DNA of 38,213 nucleotides from NCBI GenBank assembly GCA_963933205.1, contig CAWVTK010000002.1, positions 1 to 38,213 on the forward strand, read 5' to 3'. The notes under the pieces were generated by a model, which made no database searches, was not told where the DNA came from, and worked only from the letters and a program-made list of their open reading frames with translations. Of the stretch, positions 1-8,733 are shown in pieces. Source of the stretch: an uncultured Flavobacteriales bacterium. Its GTDB lineage: Bacteria; Bacteroidota; Bacteroidia; Flavobacteriales; UBA7430. The position numbers and the translations under genes are program-made. Position 1 is the first letter of the stretch. Each line of letters begins with the position of its first letter.

Positions 1-165
1 CTCAACCTTAGGGATAAAAGTAATGCGTATTAGTTCGCTGGCAGAAACATCCATTTCAATGCCGTTTACCTCTACCAATACATGCGTATCGTTTATATAA
101 TCGATGACGACACCTTTTAGGGCTTCGTTTAAAAACGAAACCTTATCTCCTTTTGCAAATACCAT
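1..165 (-). CDS. partial CDS (first 55 codons; continues past window start), function unknown
   Basis: The ATG at 165..163 shares one base with the mltG stop (TAATG on the minus strand). The frame stays open to position 1 (MVFAKGDKVSFLNEALKGVVIDYINDTHVLVEVNGIEMDVSASELIRITFIPKVE...). It is absent from the ORF track because it has no stop in the window. Any resemblance to Smr/DUF2027-type N-termini is only a weak recollection. Confidence 0.5.
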   Translation of the reverse strand, partial: MVFAKGDKVSFLNEALKGVVIDYINDTHVLVEVNGIEMDVSASELIRITFIPKVE

Positions 166-1196
166 TAGCGCATAACTCCTTTATTGGAAAGTGCTTTTTG
201 AAAGCGCTTTGCATTTCGTTTGTGTTCGGACCAATGTTTTGTAAAATTATGGTACCCCGAAAAATCTTCTTTGGCACACATATAAATATGGCTGTGTTTT
301 TTTGCGTTTAGCACGGCAAGCAATGCCGACATTTCTGGAATACAAATTGGGTTTGGCGGAAGTCCTTTGTAATAATACGTATTGTATTTAGAATTGATTT
401 TTAGATCTTTTTTAAGAACTCGTTTAATAATACGGTCAAATCCATCGCGCTCGTACAAAGCATAAATTACAGTAGGGTCAGATTGTAGCTTCATGCCCTT
501 ATTTAATCGGTTTAAATACAAGCCTGCCACAATTGGCTGCTCGTCTACTTTTGCCGTTTCTTTTTGAACTATAGAAGCTAAAACAGAAACTTGGTGCGCA
601 GTTAAACCTTTGTTTTTAGCTAGCAACAATCGTTCATCTGTCCAAAATTTAGTGTATTCTTTTTGCATGCGCTCCAAAAACTCCGTAGGACTTATGGTCC
701 AGTATACTTCGTAGGTATTTGGTATAAATAACTTTCGGGCAGAAGCTTCATTTAAGCTGTAGGTAGAAAAAAACAAGTCACTTTTAAAAGCAAGAAGTAA
801 TTCTAAAGAGTCGGCTTCAATTTGAGGAGCCAATTTGCCCGCCAAATCTTCTAAAGTAGCTGCATTATTAAAAATAATGTTTAAGGGTTTTTGCGCTCCC
901 AACCGGAGCATGTTTACTAGGCTGTTTAAATTAGTCTCAGCCTTTATTAAATACCTACCTGGCTTTATTTTATCGAATTTTTTTTGTTCGCGAAAAACAT
1001 CGAAAAAGAATTCATTTTTTAACAAGCCGTGCTTCTTTAAACTGTCTGTTAAAGAGTTAAAATTGGCTTCTTTTGGCAGCAGTACAATTTTATCTGTGTT
1101 CGCTATAGGTGCAAAAACTTGCTGGTAAACCAGGTAAGTGCTCAACACCAAAAAAGATGCTAGGATAAAGAGGCCTAGGGGAATTGCTTTTTTCAT
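165..1196 (-). CDS. mltG: endolytic peptidoglycan transglycosylase MltG (YceG-like)
   Basis: 343 aa with an N-terminal TM anchor (LGLFILASFLVLSTYLVY). YceG-family core includes the catalytic-Glu context LASIVQKETA and the C-terminal NTYYYKGLPPNPICIP motif. ATG start. Confidence 0.9.
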   Translation of the reverse strand: MKKAIPLGLFILASFLVLSTYLVYQQVFAPIANTDKIVLLPKEANFNSLTDSLKKHGLLKNEFFFDVFREQKKFDKIKPGRYLIKAETNLNSLVNMLRLGAQKPLNIIFNNAATLEDLAGKLAPQIEADSLELLLAFKSDLFFSTYSLNEASARKLFIPNTYEVYWTISPTEFLERMQKEYTKFWTDERLLLAKNKGLTAHQVSVLASIVQKETAKVDEQPIVAGLYLNRLNKGMKLQSDPTVIYALYERDGFDRIIKRVLKKDLKINSKYNTYYYKGLPPNPICIPEMSALLAVLNAKKHSHIYMCAKEDFSGYHNFTKHWSEHKRNAKRFQKALSNKGVMR

Positions 1197-3109
1197 TTTA
1201 ATTGATTCAGTAATTGCTGTGCTCGAGAATGGTTTGGTTTAATTCTGAGTACTTGTTTTAATGCTTTTTTTGCTTCTTCAATATTTTGAACATGCAAATA
1301 ATAAGCTGCTAAATTTAGCCATAATTGAGCTATGTCTGGATTGAGAGCCAAGCCAGTTTCGTACATTTTTAATGCCTCATTAAAGTTTCCTAAAACACTG
1401 TGCAGGAATCCGTAGTTGGCATACACTTTTTCAAATTTGGGATTTTCTGTTCGAATGAATTCAAAAACCTGCTTTGCCTCAATTAAACGCTTGCATTTTA
1501 AAAGAGCCATCCCAAACTTGTTCTGAATTTCCAGATGAAATGGAGCCAAAAGAGAGGCTTGTTTAAAACAATCGGCAGCTTTGGTATAATTTAAGGTTTT
1601 GTAATACGACTCTCCTACTCTATACCATGCCCATGCATCGTCGTTGGCGTACGATGGTTTGTTGAGTTCCTTTAAGCGCGTTTCGAAAGACTCTTTTTCG
1701 AACCAAGAGATTAAAGCAGTAACATCCGAAGTAAAAAAGTAATACTTAATCCACTCTCTAGCACAAATAGTTACAGGTATTTTAGATAAGTAAACAAAAG
1801 CAGAATCTAGGTAATAATCTTCCTTTTCAAACTTTTCGTACTGCTGTAAATATGCTTTAAGAATGTTTAAATCTGATGGAGCACTATTGTTAACACAATA
1901 GAGGCCAATAAACTCTTTTATGGAGTTAGATTCTGGCGAATTTAGTGCTTTTGGAATGGCAATTTTATGATCGGAAACCGTTACGTGTGGAATATCGCTC
2001 GAACCCGATTTTGGCATATGACAAGAAATGCATTTGTCTCCCTTATCCGCTTCGTGCTCCTTAACATCGGTGTGGCAAGACAAGCAAGCTTGTTTGAATA
2101 CAGCTTTAGGCGTGTCTTTTATGCTTAAGTGTGGGTTGTGGCAGGTAACACAGGTGAGTTTATCCTTAGAATTAATAAAGCACTCACTCATCTTTAATCG
2201 GTCTACATGAGAGGCCATGATAAAGCTTTCGTCGTTTTTAAAACGAGGTAAAAACACGTTCATCACTTCTTCTAATTTCATTCCAGGTTTAAAATCGAAA
2301 AAAGATTGCTCGCCTTCCAAAACAGTATTCCCTTGTAAATGGCAACGCGAGCAAAGATCAAACTGTAAATCTGAACTTAGTTTACCAGGGTTCACGATGG
2401 TATAATCGATAAACTTAGAGGTATCTACAACAATGCCTTTCATTTTCTCTGCTACATGAATTTCTCCTGGTCCGTGGCAGCGTTCGCAGGAGATACCAAG
2501 AGGAACCTTGTCAAATTTATTTTCAGAACCCATAACAAAGTCCGGTAGTGAGTTGTGACAAGACATGCATTCAAGTCCAATTTTACGACTAAAACGTGTA
2601 TTAAAACCGTCTTCAAAGCCCGGAGGCAAATCTAATGTACCCTCTTGTGTATAATAGGTAAAAGGAAGTTGATGTAGGTAACCGTTTTCATTAGAAATAT
2701 GAGAATTTGTATGCTGACCCGAGCCAATAATATAATCGGCTTTTTCAGTTCTATTATGGACGGTATCTCCATTTAACAATCTGTACTCCTGAAGCTTAAG
2801 ACTGTCTTTTTGCCAATAAGGATGGTAATATAAATCGCTATGAAGGTCTAGTAAAGTGGAGTCTTCATGAAAATTTGCGGCACTTTTACTTCGATTTGCT
2901 AGTCCAAACGATTGCCCCATTCCTGTATGAGCAAAGGTTTTATGCTTGTCGTAATGACAACTTTTACAGGTCTGCTCACCTACATATTTAACGGAATCTG
3001 CTAAATTTAAATAGACTTTTTTTGGCTGCTCTGGAATGCACGAATACTGTGTAGTGTATAACAGTAGGATACAGAAACTGGCTAGGATATATGTTGCTTT
3101 AAATTTCAA
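1193..3109 (-). CDS. multiheme c-type cytochrome (7 CxxCH) fused to a C-terminal TPR domain; predicted lipoprotein
   Basis: 638 aa. Seven CxxCH motifs: CKSCH, CMSCH, CERCH, CSRCH, CVTCH, CLSCH, CISCH. Lipoprotein-like signal peptide ends ...TTQYSC. The C-terminal ~150-200 aa are TPR-like (YRVGESYYKTLNYTKAADCFKQA..., ALKMYETGLALNPD..., AKKALKQVLRIKPNH). The only possible start giving the signal peptide is TTG at 3109..3107. The stop overlaps the mltG ATG (ATGA). Confidence 0.8.
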   Translation of the reverse strand: MKFKATYILASFCILLLYTTQYSCIPEQPKKVYLNLADSVKYVGEQTCKSCHYDKHKTFAHTGMGQSFGLANRSKSAANFHEDSTLLDLHSDLYYHPYWQKDSLKLQEYRLLNGDTVHNRTEKADYIIGSGQHTNSHISNENGYLHQLPFTYYTQEGTLDLPPGFEDGFNTRFSRKIGLECMSCHNSLPDFVMGSENKFDKVPLGISCERCHGPGEIHVAEKMKGIVVDTSKFIDYTIVNPGKLSSDLQFDLCSRCHLQGNTVLEGEQSFFDFKPGMKLEEVMNVFLPRFKNDESFIMASHVDRLKMSECFINSKDKLTCVTCHNPHLSIKDTPKAVFKQACLSCHTDVKEHEADKGDKCISCHMPKSGSSDIPHVTVSDHKIAIPKALNSPESNSIKEFIGLYCVNNSAPSDLNILKAYLQQYEKFEKEDYYLDSAFVYLSKIPVTICAREWIKYYFFTSDVTALISWFEKESFETRLKELNKPSYANDDAWAWYRVGESYYKTLNYTKAADCFKQASLLAPFHLEIQNKFGMALLKCKRLIEAKQVFEFIRTENPKFEKVYANYGFLHSVLGNFNEALKMYETGLALNPDIAQLWLNLAAYYLHVQNIEEAKKALKQVLRIKPNHSRAQQLLNQLK

Positions 3110-3110
3110 C

Positions 3111-3623
3111 TTATTTGTTGATAAATTGAAATTCTACTACATCTTGAAAGGCGCCATTTCTGTAAGCCCAGTCTTTTCGAATACCAATTTTTGTGAATCC
3201 TGCAGAGGCAAATAAGTTTAAACTTTTAGTATTGTTTATGCCAACCGAGCAATAAAGCTGATGCATTCCAATTCGATTAAAAGCATAGTCTTTCATTAAA
3301 GAAATAGCCTCAAGAGCGTAGCCTTTTAATCTGTATTGCTTTTCTATAATAATACCTATTGCAGCACGCCTATCAGTCGCTTCATAATCGAACAAGTCTA
3401 CGCAACCAACTGCATTTCCTTCTTGGTCTTCTAAAACAAAACGGTATTGTCCTGCTTGCTGAATGTCTAAATGAGCTTGCGCAATGTACTTTTCCAAAAT
3501 GTATTTAGAAAAGGGAACTTTTGAGAGGCTAACTTCGTTAATTTCTAAATCGTTTTCCCAAAGAAACAACATGGTAACGTCTTCCGGCTCAAGAGCTCTG
3601 TATTTTAATTTAAACTCAGACAT
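3111..3623 (-). CDS. GNAT-family N-acetyltransferase (RimJ/RimL-like)
   Basis: Acetyl-CoA-binding region QYRLKGYALEAISLMKDYAF within a GNAT-like fold. I prefer the ATG at 3623 (MSEFKLKY...) over the TTG at 3644 used by the track, which removes the overlap with dapF. The stop lies 1 nt before the cytochrome start. Confidence 0.8.
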   Translation of the reverse strand: MSEFKLKYRALEPEDVTMLFLWENDLEINEVSLSKVPFSKYILEKYIAQAHLDIQQAGQYRFVLEDQEGNAVGCVDLFDYEATDRRAAIGIIIEKQYRLKGYALEAISLMKDYAFNRIGMHQLYCSVGINNTKSLNLFASAGFTKIGIRKDWAYRNGAFQDVVEFQFINK

Positions 3624-4392
3624 TGATTGTACCTTTATACACAAATTTTGCTGCGCCCATTAATTTGATGTTGGTGTATTTGTTTTTCACTTTTGTAAAA
3701 CTCACCTCTAAGTTACCGCCTAAAGCTTTAAGCTTAATGGGGGTTTTTGTGATTAAACCCGATTCGAAAGCTGCTATTGCAGATGCGGTTGCGCCGGTGC
3801 CGCAAGCAAGCGTTTCGTCCTCTACACCTCTTTCGTAAGTTCTAATCAATAATTCTTCATTGCTTAGTTCTACGTAATTTACGTTTATTCCTTTTTTAGC
3901 ATACGTATCAGAAAATCGTATTTCTGCACCGCACTTTTTAACGTTTATGTTTTGAACTGAGGGAACAAATTGAACCAAATGAGGAGAGCCGGTATCTAGC
4001 ACCCAATCGCGCTTATTTTGCTCAATCTCTAAAACATCACACATGCTTAAAGAAATGAGATCCTTTGAGCATACTTGAGCATTATGTAAGCCATCGTAAG
4101 TTTCAAAAACGTATGTTTTATTTACGATTCCAATTTTTTCGGCAAAGGCAACAATACATCTTCCTCCATTGCCACACATGCTTCCAATAGTTCCATCAGA
4201 ATTGTAGTACTCCATTTTAAAATCTGACTCAACAGAATTCGAAAGCAAAATTAAACCATCGGCTCCGACTCCAAACTTTCGGTCGCACATACGTGCAATT
4301 TGAGCAGTGGATAAAGAATGTTTATTGAAACGATTGTCAATCATTACAAAGTCGTTTCCTGCACCCTGGTATTTAAAAAATGAAATTTCCAT
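3616..4392 (-). CDS. dapF: diaminopimelate epimerase
   Basis: N-terminal FFKYQGAGNDFVMID and both catalytic Cys motifs (SMCGNGGRC and LACGTGATA). I prefer the ATG at 4392 (MEISFFKY...) over the TTG at 4410. Confidence 0.9.
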   Translation of the reverse strand: MEISFFKYQGAGNDFVMIDNRFNKHSLSTAQIARMCDRKFGVGADGLILLSNSVESDFKMEYYNSDGTIGSMCGNGGRCIVAFAEKIGIVNKTYVFETYDGLHNAQVCSKDLISLSMCDVLEIEQNKRDWVLDTGSPHLVQFVPSVQNINVKKCGAEIRFSDTYAKKGINVNYVELSNEELLIRTYERGVEDETLACGTGATASAIAAFESGLITKTPIKLKALGGNLEVSFTKVKNKYTNIKLMGAAKFVYKGTINV

Positions 4393-4497
4393 GTTTTCTT
4401 TTGCGTTCAACGAAATTAATACTAATAAACGAATTAGAATACGGCATTTATTTAAAACATATTAAAATTACTAGAATCTATATAATAAGTAATTTTT

Positions 4498-7449
4498 ATG
4501 CGCTATAAATTGTATTTTCGAACAATGAACCACTCCAAACTAGTAGCGCTTTCAAAACAAATAGACGGTGATTTATATTTCGACAGTACCATGCGTAAAC
4601 TCTATGCTACAGATGCTTCGGCTTATAGAGAAATGCCTCTTGCAGTAGCGCTACCAAAAACGAAAGATGATTTAATAAAGCTCATTTGTTTTGCAAACAA
4701 AGAATCTAGTTCAATAATTCCTAGAGCTGCGGGTACTTCTTTAGCAGGTCAGGTAGTAGGAGGCGGAATCGTAGTAGATATATCGGAAGAATTTTGTGAG
4801 ATTATTGAAATCAACGTGAAGGATTCTTATGCTATTGTGCAGCCAGGAGTTGTTAGAGACGAACTAAATCTTCGACTTAAAGAGTTTGGGCTTTTCTACG
4901 GACCAGAAACCTCTACCTCTAACAGAAGTATGATTGGTGGCATGGTTGGAAACAACTCTTGTGGGTCCAGATCTTTAATTTATGGCTCGGCAAGAGAGCA
5001 CTTAATTTCTGTAAAAGTTATTCTTGCCGATGGAAACGAAACAGAGTTTAAGGCTTTAAGCAACCAAGAGTTTGAAGCAAAGGCAAAGGGAATTGGCACT
5101 GTTTCTGATTTGGAAACTAAAATCTATAAACAGGCAAAAGAATTGTTTTCTGACAAAGAAAATAGATTGGAAATAGAGAACGAATTTCCCAAGAAAAGCA
5201 TTCCCAGAAGAAACACGGGTTACGCTTTAGATTTACTTGCCCAAACAAGTCCTTTTACGGGGTCAGAAAATCAATTTAACTTTTGTAAACTCTTGGCAGG
5301 ATCTGAAGGAACTTTAGCTTTTACAACCGAAATAAAGCTCAACTTAGTTCCAGTTCCAAACGCACAACAAGCACTCATTTGCATTCATTTTAATTCTATA
5401 GACGAGGCTCTGAGAGGCAATTTAGAAGCTTTAAAGTTTAAGCCAACTGCCTGCGAGCTTATCGATCACTACATATTGGATTGTACAAAAAAGAATAAAG
5501 AGCAAGAGAAAAATCGCTTTTTTGTAAAGGGCAATCCTAAAGCAATTTTAGTGGTTGAATTTGTAGAAGAATCGGAACAAGAATTAGCTGTACTTATAAA
5601 AAATTGCCTTAAACATTTTAAGGAATTAAAGCTGGGAACAAACTTTCCTATTGTAAAAGGAAAAGACATAGACAAAGTTTGGACACTACGAAAAGCTGGC
5701 TTAGGTTTACTCTCAAATATCCCTGGAGATGCAAAGGCTGTTGCCGTAATAGAGGATACCGCTGTTGATGTAAATGATTTGCCTGCGTTTATAACTGATT
5801 TTAATAAAATACTTGAAAAAAGAAATCTTTTCTGTGTTCATTACGCTCATGCAGCAACTGGAGAACTTCATTTACGACCGATAATTGATTTAAAAACGGA
5901 AGAGGGAAATAAACTTTTTAAAACCATTGCCGGAGACATCGCTAAATTAGTAAAAAGCTATAAAGGCTCTTTAAGCGGAGAACATGGCGATGGGCGCTTA
6001 AGAGGTGAATACATTCCATATATGATTGGAGCTAAAAACTACCAACATTGCAAAGACCTAAAAAACACTTGGGATCCGAACGGAATATTTAATCCTGGTA
6101 AAATTGTAAACACACCGGCTATGAACTCTTTTTTGAGGTTTATGCCAACTTATACAACACGAGCGTTTAAAACAACATTTAGCTTTAAAGAAGATTTAGG
6201 GATGTTACGTGCTGCAGAAAAGTGCAACGGATCTGGAGACTGTAGAAAAACAGAACTAACTGGAGGAACCATGTGCCCAAGCTATATGGCAACCCGTAAA
6301 GAAAAACATACAACACGAGCAAGAGCAAATATACTACGAGAAGTTTTGAGCGACCAATCCATCCAAAACCCTTTTCAAAACCAAGAAATTAAAGAGGTAA
6401 TGGATTTGTGTTTGTCTTGTAAAGGATGTAAAACAGAATGCCCCTCTAATGTAGATATTGCAAAATTAAAAGCTGAATATACGCACCAAAACTACCTAGA
6501 AAATGGAGCGCCATTTAGAGCAAAATTGTTTGCCAATTTTACTGCTTTAAACAAAAGAGCTGCTTTAGCTCCAAACTTGCACAATTATTTTATAAACAAT
6601 GCACTTACCTCTGGCATTGTAAAAAAATTAATGGGCGTAGCATCAAAGCGTTCGCTCCCACTACTACAAAATACAACACTCCTAAAATGGTACCTTAATA
6701 ATCCTCAAGAAGGTAATTTCGAAAATGGAAAAATACATCTATTTAATGATGAATTTACCAATTACCATGATGCACACATAGGAATACGCTGTATTAAATT
6801 ATTAAATAAGTTGGGCTACAAAGTAGTAATACCTGAGCATGTAGAAAGTGGAAGAGCATTCATCTCTCAAGGATTCCTAAGCGAGGCTAAAAACCTGGCA
6901 AATAAAAATGTACAGCTATTAGCTCCTGTAATTTCAGAGGCACAAGCGCTTATTGGTTTGGAACCCTCCGCCATTTTAACACTTCGAGACGAATATTTAG
7001 ACTTAGTAGAGGATCAGAAAAGTGCTAAACATCTGGCTAAACACAGCTTAACTATAGAAGAATTTTTGGCTAAAGAAATTAAAGCGGATAGAATAAAAGC
7101 TTCCAGTTTTACAGAAAAGTCGGAACACATTCGCCTGCATGGGCATTGCCATCAAAAAGCAAATTCATCTTTAGTACCCTCAAAAATTGCTTTAGAACTA
7201 CCTAAAAACTTCAAGGTTCAATTAATACCCTCGGGCTGTTGTGGTATGGCTGGTTCCTTTGGCTACGAAAAAGAACATTACGATGTTTCTATGAAAATTG
7301 GAGAGCTGGTTTTATTTCCTAGCATCCGTAAGGAACCGGAAAGCTCTATTATATGTGCACCCGGAACAAGTTGCAGACATCAAATTAAAGATGGCACAAA
7401 GCGTTTGGCACAGCATCCGGTAGAGATTTTATACAATGCCTTACTATAA
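4498..7449 (+). CDS. FAD-binding oxidase fused to an Fe-S/CCG domain (GlcD-GlcF-type fusion, YdiJ-like 2-hydroxyacid dehydrogenase)
   Basis: 983 aa. N-terminal PCMH-type FAD-binding domain (PRAAGTSLAGQ). 4Fe-4S cluster motifs (CNGSGDCRK, CLSCKGCKTECP). C-terminal Cys-rich CCG-type motifs (CCGMAGSFG, CAPGTSCRHQ). An alternative start at the second Met (4525) is possible. Confidence 0.85.
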   Translation: MRYKLYFRTMNHSKLVALSKQIDGDLYFDSTMRKLYATDASAYREMPLAVALPKTKDDLIKLICFANKESSSIIPRAAGTSLAGQVVGGGIVVDISEEFCEIIEINVKDSYAIVQPGVVRDELNLRLKEFGLFYGPETSTSNRSMIGGMVGNNSCGSRSLIYGSAREHLISVKVILADGNETEFKALSNQEFEAKAKGIGTVSDLETKIYKQAKELFSDKENRLEIENEFPKKSIPRRNTGYALDLLAQTSPFTGSENQFNFCKLLAGSEGTLAFTTEIKLNLVPVPNAQQALICIHFNSIDEALRGNLEALKFKPTACELIDHYILDCTKKNKEQEKNRFFVKGNPKAILVVEFVEESEQELAVLIKNCLKHFKELKLGTNFPIVKGKDIDKVWTLRKAGLGLLSNIPGDAKAVAVIEDTAVDVNDLPAFITDFNKILEKRNLFCVHYAHAATGELHLRPIIDLKTEEGNKLFKTIAGDIAKLVKSYKGSLSGEHGDGRLRGEYIPYMIGAKNYQHCKDLKNTWDPNGIFNPGKIVNTPAMNSFLRFMPTYTTRAFKTTFSFKEDLGMLRAAEKCNGSGDCRKTELTGGTMCPSYMATRKEKHTTRARANILREVLSDQSIQNPFQNQEIKEVMDLCLSCKGCKTECPSNVDIAKLKAEYTHQNYLENGAPFRAKLFANFTALNKRAALAPNLHNYFINNALTSGIVKKLMGVASKRSLPLLQNTTLLKWYLNNPQEGNFENGKIHLFNDEFTNYHDAHIGIRCIKLLNKLGYKVVIPEHVESGRAFISQGFLSEAKNLANKNVQLLAPVISEAQALIGLEPSAILTLRDEYLDLVEDQKSAKHLAKHSLTIEEFLAKEIKADRIKASSFTEKSEHIRLHGHCHQKANSSLVPSKIALELPKNFKVQLIPSGCCGMAGSFGYEKEHYDVSMKIGELVLFPSIRKEPESSIICAPGTSCRHQIKDGTKRLAQHPVEILYNALL

Positions 7450-7528
7450 AAGCCAAACATTAGTAGAAACGAGTATCCCACAGAAAATTAAAAATGTAAA
7501 TTGCCCATTCACAAAGGTAAACTTTGAT

Positions 7529-8152
7529 ATGTTAAAAAGAATTTACAACGATAAGCCAAGCGAAAAAGAAATTGAGAAAGTGGTAACCTGTTTAAAAAAC
7601 GGTGGAATAATTATTTACCCCACCGACACGGTTTACGGCTTAGGTTGTGATATAAACAACAAAAAAGCACTCGAACGAATTGCTCGCATAAAAGGCGTAA
7701 AACTTAAAGATGCAAATTTCTCTTTTGTTTGTTACGATTTAAGACACTTGTCTGTTTACGCAAAACAAGTAAGTACGCGTACCTACAAATTTTTAAAAAG
7801 AGTGTTTCCTGGGCCTTTTACCGTTATTTTAAATGCCACAGGAAAAATACCTAAGATTTTTAATACCAAAAAGAAAACCGTTGGTATAAGAATACCGGAC
7901 AACAATATAGCACGAGAAATTGTGAAAGCTCTTGGAAGTCCAATCGTTTCTACCTCTATAAGAGATGAAGATGACGTAGTAGAATACTCCACAGACCCAG
8001 AGTTAATTCATGAAAAATACGCTGCGCTTGTAGACATGGTTATAGACGGTGGATATGGAGAAAATATTGCCTCTACTATCGTTGATTGTACCGACGATTC
8101 TGATTTCTTGTTGATTAGAGAAGGAAAGGGTGCTGTAGATTTAATCTATTAA
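7529..8152 (+). CDS. tsaC: L-threonylcarbamoyladenylate synthase (TsaC/YrdC family)
   Basis: YPTDTVYGLGCD motif and YrdC-like fold, giving about 207 aa from the ATG at 7529. The track start at 7436 (also ATG) adds 31 non-family-like residues and overlaps the upstream gene, so it is less likely but not excluded. Confidence 0.85.
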   Translation: MLKRIYNDKPSEKEIEKVVTCLKNGGIIIYPTDTVYGLGCDINNKKALERIARIKGVKLKDANFSFVCYDLRHLSVYAKQVSTRTYKFLKRVFPGPFTVILNATGKIPKIFNTKKKTVGIRIPDNNIAREIVKALGSPIVSTSIRDEDDVVEYSTDPELIHEKYAALVDMVIDGGYGENIASTIVDCTDDSDFLLIREGKGAVDLIY

Positions 8153-8733
8153 TGTAAAGCAACTATAGCTTTGTGAATTTCCAATACTTGCACAAGTACA
8201 GATTTTTTTTCGTTGTTTACGATTTCAAAATCAGAAAGTGTTCGCTTCTTTAAATCAGACCATTGTTTGTCCATTCTTCCCAAAACTTCCTTTTCTGATG
8301 ATTGATCTCTTTCTACAACACGTGAAATTCGTAAGGCTTTTGGTGCTGTTACCAGTATGACTTTATCTAAACCAATATTTGCTTTACTCTCAAATAAAAT
8401 AGCTGCTTCCTTTAACACATAAGCACTTTTTTGGGCTAAACACCAAAGATCAAAATCAATTTTAACCGCAGGATGTACAATTGCATTTAACTTTTCTAAT
8501 TCTTTAGAGTCCGAAAAGACTTTTGAGGCGATATAAGCTTTGTTTAACTCTTTACCTATATAAGCTTTCACACCAAAAGTATTTTCTATTTGAGTTCTTA
8601 CCAAAGGATTAGAAACCATTAAAAACTTGGCTCTTTGGTCTGAGGAATAAACCGACACCCCTAAAATTTTGAATAATTCTGCTACCGTAGATTTACCACT
8701 CCCAATACCGCCAGTTATACCAATTTTATACAT
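8149..8733 (-). CDS. coaE: dephospho-CoA kinase
   Basis: P-loop GITGGIGSGKST at the N-terminus, 194 aa, typical CoaE length. ATG start. Stop overlaps the tsaC stop convergently (TTAA). Confidence 0.9.
   Translation of the reverse strand: MYKIGITGGIGSGKSTVAELFKILGVSVYSSDQRAKFLMVSNPLVRTQIENTFGVKAYIGKELNKAYIASKVFSDSKELEKLNAIVHPAVKIDFDLWCLAQKSAYVLKEAAILFESKANIGLDKVILVTAPKALRISRVVERDQSSEKEVLGRMDKQWSDLKKRTLSDFEIVNNEKKSVLVQVLEIHKAIVALH

Noticed and set aside
835-1128. This ORF and the other 60-130-aa ORFs in the track that lie antisense to or inside long genes. Examples are 2028..2210, 2217..2405, 3623..3838, 5469..5675, 7783..7992, 11133..11357, 13488..13781, 14264..14557, 16108..16365, 18464..18928, 19496..19834, 20764..20982, 21255..21801, 24004..24374, 26683..26946, 30095..30484, 31832..32246, 34149..34457 and 35777..36494.
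   Set aside because: Each is fully embedded in a much longer ORF with clear family motifs. Their translations are low-complexity or hydrophobic nonsense without motifs. They are shadow ORFs typical of AT-rich genomes.
7436-7528. ATG-initiated 31-codon N-terminal extension of tsaC overlapping the upstream oxidase gene.
   Set aside because: The extension shows no YrdC-family similarity, and the 7529 start gives the usual ~207-aa protein. It is kept as a less likely alternative rather than a separate feature.
8149-8152. Convergent 4-nt overlap of the tsaC and coaE stop codons (TTAA), with no room for a terminator.
   Set aside because: It is real but common in compact genomes, and I see nothing beyond tight packing.
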